Made by a program: the position numbers and the translations under genes. The notes below the pieces were generated by a model. It saw nothing but the letters and a program-made list of their open reading frames with translations, did not search any database and was not told where the DNA came from. This document shows positions 54,154 through 64,000 of a stretch of DNA of 64,000 nucleotides, in pieces (positions within the stretch are counted from its first letter, which is position 1; each line of letters starts with the position of its first letter). Source of the stretch: Phyllobates terribilis (taxonomy: Eukaryota); contig NW_027362764.1 of the NCBI RefSeq assembly GCF_046119375.1, positions 422,964,001-423,028,000 of the forward strand. Direction: 5' to 3'.

Positions 54154-57007
54154 CCCCTTTACGACATAGGGCGTATTAGTACGTATCTGTGCCCTGGGCC
54201 TTATGGACCAGATACGTATTAATACGCCCTATCTTTAATGCGGCACGGCGACCGAAGGCGCGGTGATAGCATTAAAATTCCGGTGCCATCTTACCTTAGG
54301 GTAGATGGCGTCGGCATCTCGGGGGGTGTCGCCGCCCCTTCACACCCACGATCGCTGTGATTGGCTGTTCAATTCTGAACAGCCAATCACAGCATTTCTC
54401 ACTGTTTCCGGCAATCAGATTGCCGGAAACAGTGATGTGCAGCCTAGGATCGGTGCGATCCTAGGCTGTTGCCTAGTAACCACAGCCCTCTCCCCAAACT
54501 GCTAGGATCGGTGCGATCGCTGATCAAATCGATCGCACCGATCACAGCGGGACCACGCGGTAACAGGGAGGTCACGGGGCGATGACCGGCTTGTGACCTG
54601 CCTGTCACCTCCCCATGACCCCCTGTGATGTCAAAGAAGCCCCAGCCAGCTCTGATTGGAGCAATCGATGATGACAAAAATGTCCGGCTCATCCCAAACT
54701 CGCTATTCAGCGGAGGAGGCATACGCTATTGTTGCCTCCGACACTGAGACTGACAGCGAGGGCGAGGATCCCACATTTCTTTACTTTTCCGACGCCTCAT
54801 CGTCCTTCTCAGGTGCCGCTGGACCGCCCCTCAGTCGTCGCAGGAGAGGAGATGTTCCAGCGCCCCCCACTACTGACCCCATATGGACCTCGCCCCCCGA
54901 AAATTTTGAGCCACTGATTCCTGATTTCGTGGCGGAATCAGGAATCAAGTTTGACACCACCGACCTCACAGAAATAGACTTTTTCAAAGTCTTTTTCTCT
55001 GAGGATTTTATAAACCTCATGGTGGGCCAAACTAATTTGTATGCTCATCAATTTTTGGAACAAAACCCTTCTTCATCATTTTCTAACTGGTCTCCTGTAG
55101 ACGCAGAAGAAATGATGAAGTTTTGGGACCTGGTCCTTCATATGGGGATCCTGAAAAAAAACAGAGGTTCAGCAATACTGGAGTGTTGACGTTTTGTATA
55201 ACACTCCAGTGTTCCGAATGGTCATGACCCGGACACGTTTTGAGGCCTTCCGCAAGTTCTTGCATTACGAAGATAATGCAAGGTGTCCTGCACGCGATGA
55301 CCCGAACTTTGATCGTCTTTTCAAAGTTCGGCCGGTCATCGAGCACTTCAACAACAAGTTATCAAGGCCCTGATATTTGGCAGTGGTGGCGGAGCGGGCC
55401 CCACTACTTCTGGAACTGAAGGACCTCGAATTGTACCGGGCCAGCATTTCCCGTGGCAGATACCTCACAGCGGAAAAAAAGGTAAGTCACAAAAGAAGTG
55501 CCGAGTGTGTTACCGAAGGGGAATACGCAAGGACACCATTTACCAATGTGACACCTGCCCCGACAAACCTGGCCTCTGCATGAAAGACTGCTTCAAAAGG
55601 TACCATACTTCCATGGACTATTGAATTAATTTCTGACGTATGACAACCTGACGAACACTACACAGCTGACGTAGTGTTCGTCAGGTTGTCATACTTCAGT
55701 TGTGTAGTGTTTGTCAGGTTGTCCTACACAACTGGTGTATAACACTACATTATAAAATTGACAAATCAGGTATCTGTTCCAAAAAGGGGGCACTTGTTGG
55801 GCATTTCCACTGTTTAGGCACATCAGGGGCTCTGAGAACGTGACATGACATCCACAGACAATTCCATCACAGTCTGCATTCCAAAGCGTCACTCCTTCCC
55901 TTCCGAGCCCTGACATGCGCCCAAACAGTAGTTTTCTCCAACACATGGGGTATCAGCGTACTCAGGAGAAATTGCACAACAACTTTTGGGGTCCAATTTC
56001 TCCTAGTACCCTCGTGAAAATAAAAATATTGTGGCTAAAAGAGCGTTTTTGTGGAAAAAAAATGATTTTTTTTTTTCACGGCTCTACGTCATAAACCTTT
56101 GCAAAACACTTGGGGGTTCAAAGTGCTCACCACACATCTAGATAAGTTCCCTGAGGGGTCTAGTTTCCAAAATAGGGTCACTTGGGGGGGAGCTCCAATG
56201 TTTAGGCACACAGGGGCTCTCCAAACGCGACATGGCGTCCGCTAATTATTCAAGCAAATTTTACAATCAAAAAGTCAAATGGCGCTCCTTCCCTTCCGAG
56301 CCCTGCCGTGCGCCCAAACAGTACTTTTTCCCCACATATGGGGTATCTGCGTGCCCAGGGGAAATTGCACAACAAATTTTGGGGTCCATTTTTTCTTGTT
56401 ACCCCTGCGAAAATAAAAAAAAAATTGGGTCTAAAGTAACATTTTTGTGAAAAAAGTTAAATGTTCATTTTTTTCTTCCACATTCCAAAAATTCCTGTGA
56501 AGCACCTGAAGGGTTAATAAAGTTCTTGAATGTGGTTTTGAGCACCTTGAGGGGTGCAGTTTTTAGAATGGTGTCACTTTTGGGTATTTTCTGTCATAAA
56601 GGCCCCTCAAAGTGACTTCAAATCGCTGGTCAACTTTTAACCCTTATAGCTCCCTAGCAAAAAAAATGTTGGTTCCAAAATTGTGCTGATGTAAAGTAAA
56701 CATGTGGGAAATGTTATTTATTAACTATTTTGTGTGACATATCTCTCTGATTTAAGGGCATAAAAGTTCAAATTTTGAAAATTGCTAAATTTTTGCCAAA
56801 TTTCCGTTTTTTTCACAAATAAACGCAAGTGATATCGAAGAAATTTTACCACAATCATGAAGTACAATATGTCACGAAAAAACATTCTCAGAATCAGGGG
56901 GATCCGTTGAAGCGCTCCAGAGTAATTACCTCATAAAGTGACAGTGGTCAGAATTGTAAAAATTGGCCTTGTCATTAACGTGCAAACCACCCTCGGGGGT
57001 AAAGGGG
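54154..57007 (+). mobile_element. piggyBac-family element (TxpB/Uribo-like); transposase frameshifted and lacking the DDD core
   Basis: TTAA at 54150 and 57008; CCCCTTTAC TIRs; YSAEEA N-terminus; RKFLHY...RLFKVRPVIEHFNNK joined directly to ...QKKCRVC..YQCDTCPDKPGLCMKDCFKRYH (stop at 55624). Confidence 0.93.
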
Positions 57008-57087
57008 TTAATTCCCCTATTGGTTTGAAAAAGTTCATAATGCACCTTTAAAATGTAGTACAGATGCAGGAGTGAACTTGTTCTTAA

Positions 57088-60000
57088 CCTTTTCGTGCCA
57101 GAGCCTGTTTTCGCCTTTGTGACCAGGCCAATTTTTTCAATTCCGACCACTGTCACTTTATGAGGTAATTACTCTGGAACGCTTCAACGGATCCCCTGAT
57201 TCTGAGATTGTTTTTTCGTGACATATTGTACTTCATGTTAGTGGTAAAATTTCTTCGATATCACTGGTGTTTATTTGTGAAAAAATCGGAAATTTGGCGA
57301 AAATTTTGCTATTTTCAAACTTTGAATTTTCATGCATTTAAATCAGAGAGATATGTCACACAAAATAGTTAATAAATAGCATTTCTCACATGTATACTTT
57401 AAATCAGCACAATTTTGGAACCAACATTTTTTTTTGTTAGGAAGTTCTAAAGGGTTAAAAGTTGACCAGCGATTTCTCATTTTTCCAACAAAATTTACAA
57501 AAACATTTTTTTAGGGACCACATCTTATTTGAAGTGACTTTGAGGGGCTTTTATGACAGAAAATGCCCAAAAGTGGCACCATTCTAAAAACTGCACCCCT
57601 CAAGGGGCTCAAAACCACATTCAAGAAGTTTATTAACCCTTCAGGTGCTTCACGGGAATTTTTGGAATGTGGAAGAAAACAATGAACATTTAACTTGTTT
57701 TCACAAAAATGTTACTTTAGACCCAATTTTTTATTTTCACAAGGGTAACAGGAAAAAATGGACTACACAATTTGTAGTGCAATTTCTCCTGAGCACGCTG
57801 ATACCCGATATGTGGGGAAAACCACTGTTTGGGTGCACTGCAGGGTTCGGAAGGGAAGGAACGCCATTTGACTTCTTGAATGTAAAATGTGTTTGAATAA
57901 TTAGCGGACGCCATGTCGCATTTGGGGAGCCCCTGATGTGCCTAAACAGTGGAAACCCTCCACAAGTGAAACCATTTTGGAAACTAGACCCCTTAGGGAA
58001 CTTATCCAGATGTGTGGTGAGCACCTTGCACCCCCAGGTGCTTCACAGAAGTTTATATTTTCCCACAAAAATGTTTTTCATCCCCTAATTTTGCATTATC
58101 ATAAAGGTAACAGGAGAAATTGCACCATGAAATTTGTTGTGCAATTTCTCCTGAGTACGCTGATACCCCATATGTGGGGGAAAACCACTGCTTTGGTGTA
58201 CGGCAGGGTTCGGAAGAGAAAGGAGCACTATGTTGGCTGGGATAGGTTGCAGACACCATGTCACATTTGAAGAGTCGCTGACATGCCGAAACAGCAGAAA
58301 CCCCCACAAGTGACCACATTTTGTAAACTACATGTCTCAAGGAATTCATCTAGGGAAGTAGTGAGTATTTTTTAATTTTTAAATTTATACCATTAGGCAG
58401 TGAAGAAAACATAATTATATTTTTACCACAAAAAAATGTTTTACCCTCAGATTTTACATTTTCACACAGGGCAATGGGTAAAAATGGTGCCGAAATGTGT
58501 CACACAATTTCTTCTAAACGTAGCAATACCCCATATGTGGCTGTACGGTACCGCTTAGCCATACGGCGAGATCTGGGAGGGACGGAGCGCTATTTGACTC
58601 TTGGAGAACAAATTATTGTAGAATAGTTTGTGAACTCCATTTACACAGCCCCTAAGTGCTAGAAGAGCAGAATCCCCTCTCAAGTGACCCCATTTTGGAA
58701 ATTATACCCCTTTGGGAATTTACCTACAGATGTGATGATTTTGACTCCATGGGTCTTTTCTAGAAACAAGCAGCAGTGGATGTTGCGGAGTGAAAATTTC
58801 AAACTGCCGTTGAAGCGACCAGTACGCTGTAGTGACCAGTACGTTGTGCCCAGCTCGTGCTTCTGGAGACATGCACCTGTAAATTAGGCAAGCTCTCATC
58901 GCCACAGGAATGCCAAACATGTGGACCCTAAATGTAGTTTAGGCACATTGTGGGGCTCAGAAGGGAGGGAGGCATTTGGATTTGGGAGCACAAAATTTTC
59001 TGAATTTCTTTTGGGGGGCAAGGGCCATTTCGCTTTTCCAGAGCCTTTCTGCTACCAGTAACTTGGAAGTCCCTTATATTTTTAACAGATAACGGACCTG
59101 AGAGGGGACTAGCTTTTTTTGAGGACTGAGTTGAAGCTTTTATTGGGAACATTTTACATAACATTTATCTGGCGCTCTAGGCTGAGCACTTACATCAGGG
59201 TTTCCATCTAAATTTCCAAGTGATGTAATTCAGATGAAACCCCTGCGGGATCCATTCACTATAATGTGGCAGCAGAGTTACTCTGGACTCCGTCTGGCCT
59301 CTGTTTAGCGGTGTCCTTTTTTCAGAAGTGCACAAAATTGTGGCCAACCGCACTTTTATGCACGCCTAAAAAAACTGACACCGTGGGATCACAGGCCAGA
59401 CAGCATCCACAGTGCCTAGATCTGCCTCATTACAGGGAATCTTCCGTCATGGGTTCCTTCTGAATCATGTATTTCAGAGATTTACACGGAAACTCTGGTG
59501 TAAATGCTCAGCGCAGAGCACAGGATAAATGTGAGCAGAGCCTTACTGTGATCTTTGGGAGACATAATAAAGAAATCAGTAGCAGGTGAAGAATTGGTTT
59601 TATTTATTTTTTACGCCGTTCCTCGTGTGGTATAAGTGATTAGATTACTTTATTCTTCGGGTCGGTGCGATTACAGCGATACCAGATTCATATTGGGTTT
59701 TTATGACTGACAGCTGTCACACACTAAAAGACGCTTTTTTTTTGCAAAATCTAGTTTTTGCTTCGCCATATTTTGAGAGCTATAATTTTTCCATATTTCG
59801 GCCGACAGAGTCATGTGAGGGCTTGTTTTTTGCGGGACGAGTTGACATTTTTATTGGTACCATTTTTGGGTACGTGACATTTTGTTGATCAAAGCGATCC
59901 GTTTTTTGGGAGGTAAAATTAACAAAAACCAACAATTCAGGAATTGTTTTTTGAGGGTTTTGTAATGCCGTTCTGCGTGTGGTAAAAGTGATAAGGCAGC

Positions 60001-61021
60001 ATTATTCTTCGGGTCAGTACGTGTAGAGCGATACTACACTTACTGTATATTTTTTTTAATGTTTTGGCGCTTTTACACAATAAAACAATTTTATAGAAAA
60101 AATATTTTTTTTACATCGCTTTATTCTGAGAGCTATAACTTTTTTATTTTTCGGCTGATGGAGCTGTATGGCGGCTTTTTTTTTTGCGGAACAAGATGAT
60201 TTCAGCGGTACCATTTTTATTTCCATTTTGCTTTTTGATCGCATTTTTTTCCACTTTTTGTTTGGCGATATGATGAAATAGCATAGTTTTTTGCTCCGTT
60301 TTTTATTTATTTTTTTTACGGAGTGCACAGGAGTTAATTAGTGTGACAGTTTTATAGATCGGGTTGTTTTGGACGCGAAGATACCAAATGTGTACTTTTT
60401 TTGTTTTTGCATAAATATACGGATTTATTGGTTTAATATTTTTCTTATTTTTATTTATTTTGTGTTTTTTTTTTTTAACAGTTTGAAAACATTTTTTAGA
60501 CTTTTTTTTTACATTTTTACTTAGTCCCTGTATGGGACATTAATTTTTATTTTTCTAATCACTGGTCTCATGCAATAGACATGTATTGCATTGCATGAGA
60601 GCTCTGCTGACAGTGTAAAACTGTCATTATCTCCTGCTAGACTCAGCTGCAGGCTGAGCCTAGCACGACACCGTGCATGGCAGACCCAGAGGCGGTCATG
60701 TGACCTCCGGCTGCCATGACAATGCCAGGTCCTCTCAGACATCAGGGGGCCATCGGAGAGGTAAGTGGACGACCCCCTCTCCTCTCACTATCTTCTAAAT
60801 GCCGCGATTGCTATAGATCGCGGCATCTAGAAGATAGCAAAGGGTTAACATCATTGGGACCTGATCCCCTGTCAGAGCAATCGCTCTGCACCGCACCCGC
60901 AGAGCTTGCAGGACCCTGGGGGTCCTGAGCGCTGTGGGACCACCGACCGTTTATAAACGTCGGCGCTGCACAGAGCCCAGGCAGCGCCGACGTTTATATA
61001 CAGTGGGCGGTCGGGAAGCGG
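57088..61021 (-). mobile_element. Non-autonomous piggyBac-type element in opposite orientation
   Basis: TTAA at 57084 and 61022; CC-starting imperfect TIRs; about 1.2 kb is homologous to the 3' end of 54154-57007; no transposase. Confidence 0.8.
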
Positions 61022-61320
61022 TTAAAGGTAGTTTGTCATCAGGGTTTTGCTTCTCCATCGATGAGCAGCATGATGTAGGGACAGAGACCCTAATTCCAGT
61101 GATGTATCACCTACTGGGCTGCTTGCTGCAGTTTTGAAAAAATCACTTATCTGCTGCAGTTCTACCAGTTTTCTGAATGCTGATCTCTACCCCCACACTA
61201 CTGATTGACAGCTGTCTATGTACACTGTTCATAGACAGAAAGCTGGAGAAACCATACATGAAATGGGAACCAGAACTAGAAGGATAGCACTGACTTGTAA
61301 TGAAATCATATCTTCCTTTA
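61022..61320. mobile_element. Degenerate Kolobok/T2-like MITE sharing the TTAA
   Basis: Similar to 48830-49250 (gcagcatgatgtagggacagagaccc...). Confidence 0.55.
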
Positions 61321-61354
61321 TATTGGTTCAGTTCAAATTTACCCTTATCGGTAA

Positions 61355-61561
<207 letters not shown>

Positions 61562-63389
61562 TGATGAGACAGCAGGACAGTGGATATGTTACTTATAATT
61601 AGGCAGAAATATTCCATGCCCATGAATCTGTTAGACTGATGAAGCTATCAATAGGGTGTTATTAGTATATATGCTCGTTCATACAGCAGAAGGTTTCATC
61701 TCACCTCACTGGCTTGGCACTGTTTGATGGATCGGGGCCTTGGAGTTTGAAACACACAGCATAGTAATTTCACAATTTATCTGGAGTAAATGCCTTTTTG
61801 AAAAGTCACAAAAAATTTGCAATTGTGCAACATTTTTGCGACTTTTGGCATTTTCATGCCATTTTCTCCTAGTTCTGACAAAATGGGCAGAGCAGGGGTG
61901 TGGTGCCACAGCTAGTGTAGTTCATGACGATCTGAGATCCTACTACAGAAATGTTACGCCATCCATAGACTGCAGTAAGATTTGTGTCGAGTTGCATGCC
62001 ACTCGTCAGACACTCCTGATTCATGAAGAGACGTGCATCTTCTTACTGAATCATGAGCATCTGACTCCTACACCCCCCCCCCCACCTCACCAACACCAGC
62101 GAGGAAATTGGCGGTGTTAAAGAATCGGAGCCCAAGTGTGTATTTAACTATTGCGTAGGAGATAGTGTTACCTATAGCATAGATATTGAAGCTTCACCAC
62201 CAAATTATGTTACTACGATGCCTTATAGCCTACAGAAACCAGTGCTCATGAGACCAAAATTACATAGAACATGGTCTTTGAGTCACAAAACGTATATAAA
62301 GACAGATTAAAAAATGTGTCATCCAGTGGATGGAGTCACAGCACAGCAGGGGGTAAGTATAGTGAAATGGAGTAATACTATGGGCCTAAATCGGTGGTAG
62401 AATAATGTACATTAAGGATTTACCAAAGTCTTATATCACATACAGCAAGAGGGTTTAAAGTCACAAAAAGTGCAAGATGATATAAAAGGTAGTAAATGCC
62501 TTTGATTCTCCCCCGATATTTTCACTATGCCCGATGGACATTATGATAATAGGTAAAGGGAGTAAATATACATAAAGCCTTCTCCTGGCATGGCTCCAAA
62601 CACCGACACGTTAGGTACTGTGCCTACAGCTGTGGGTTGCGTCACATCATCAGGAACTCTGCTTATATGCCAAACTGGCCAATAGTATGGAATAACCCAG
62701 AGATGAGTGGCACATGCAATGGTGCTGGCCCAAAAGTGGGTGCGTCTCAAGGAAACGTCAAGCAGCACATGTCAGGTCGTGAGACCCAAGTCCAGATCTA
62801 CATGCCCAATCACATGAACAGAATTTAGGTCACACAACAAGAACAAGCACGGCTGAAGAGAAAACCAAGGATTCAAACGCCTCACCAGCCGCCAACCATG
62901 CGAACCGGCAAATAGCAAGAAGCCAAGCCAGACGGCGTTCAAGTGATTGAAGCAATGAGATATCGTAGAAAGAGGTTTTATACTGTAGTTACAATAATAT
63001 ATAGTAACAGTAATTCATCAATAATTTAAAAATATATTTGATACCACAGAGACAATGAATGAGTAAAGACAATCTACTTTGTAATTTTTGGTTCTATGAT
63101 CACTCTTCTTTGTAGGATATATAGTATTGTGCGTGACCACAACTAAATGACATGCTCAATGATTCCCCTTATCAAGTGTAATATGACATTATATACTATT
63201 TATCTTGGTAACATCACTGTATGCAGAGTTCTGATTAATTGTAATGTTGCCTTGCAAGAACCAAAATATGTTACATTCTACGTATTACATCATTTTTCTA
63301 TAGCACTAAGAGCTACATGTACATGTTATGCATTGATCTAAATTGGATCTATAGTTAATCAATTATCTGTCTCAATATATAAATTGTGC

Positions 63390-64000
63390 TCAGCATAAAT
63401 GAGTACACTCGCTTTGAAAAGTAAAATTTTAATTAATATCTCACTAAACACATGAACAATTTCCAAAATTTTGACAAGACTGAGTTTCATAGAACATTTG
63501 TTTAACCCATAACATGAAAGTAAGGTTAATTACTATAACTTTACTCAAATTTGAAGAGACAGAAATTAATACACACCTCCATAAAAAACAACTACATCTA
63601 GAATTTCATATGACCTCCATCATTTTTGAGGACAGCACCAAGTATTTTAGACATGTAATGAACAAGTTGGCGACATATTGCAACATCTATATGAATGCTG
63701 GATGGAGAGTGATGATCAACTTGTCTCTCCGGAATTCCCCCCATGGGTTTTTCAGCTGGGTTCAGACAAGGAGATACACTTGGCCACTAGATCCCTTTTA
63801 CCCTGTTTAGGTGTTAACTTCTGTAGCCGGCCTGGATGTTTATGAGAGATAGTTGCGTTCCATCTTTGTTACAATGTTACATCACTTTTGCTACAGTATT
63901 GTGACTGATAATTAAAACTTCATTGATCTTCTTGTAGTCTTCACCTTTCTTTTGTAAAGAAATTAATTTCTCTCTCAGGCTTGTGACAGTTCTCTTCCAT
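63390..64000 (-). mobile_element. Degraded Tc1-like remnant running off the window end
   Basis: Reverse complement of ggttcagacaaggagatacacttggccact gives WPSVSPCLN, like WPxxSPDLN. Confidence 0.45.

Noticed and set aside
54154-55624. CSB-PGBD3-style ANKH-piggyBac fusion exon
   Set aside because: No convincing acceptor upstream of the ORF; the transposase is frameshifted and lacks its core.
61630-61670. CTGATGA followed by a small hairpin
   Set aside because: No downstream GAAA or stem III.
62540-62990. GC-richer unexplained stretch with short ORFs after exon 11 (possible ANKH last exon)
   Set aside because: No KKKMENE-like acidic C-terminal peptide in the frames I read; probably a repeat remnant I cannot classify.

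Overview
Eukaryotic (vertebrate) genomic DNA; an anuran amphibian source is inferred from the V-SINE, TTAA-flanked MITE and TxpB-like piggyBac repertoire. The backbone is the ANKH gene on the + strand: nine internal coding exons (equivalent to human exons 3-11, 1052 nt, all flanked by AG/GT, frame-continuous). The first two exons and the last exon lie outside the window. The introns are packed with mobile DNA: seven near-full-length Tc1/mariner copies covering DD34E, DD35E (one intact 338-aa transposase), DD38E and a probable DD37E/TRT; a complete but defective Gmr1-type (SCAN-gag, integrase-before-RT) Gypsy provirus; a TxpB/Uribo-like piggyBac whose catalytic core is deleted, lying tail-to-tail with a non-autonomous relative (about 1.2-kb-arm palindrome); CR1 fragments; V-SINEs; many fold-back MITEs; a 57-bp minisatellite of about 31 units; and one assembly gap. 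There are no rRNA, tRNA or CRISPR features, and most short ORFs in the track are noise or TE debris. I found no demonstrably new system. The best leads are the intact DD35E transposase, the piggyBac palindrome and its hairpin cassettes, inverted TE pairs bracketing phase-0 ANKH exons, and MITE-borne splice signals. Family names come from recalled motifs, not from database searches.
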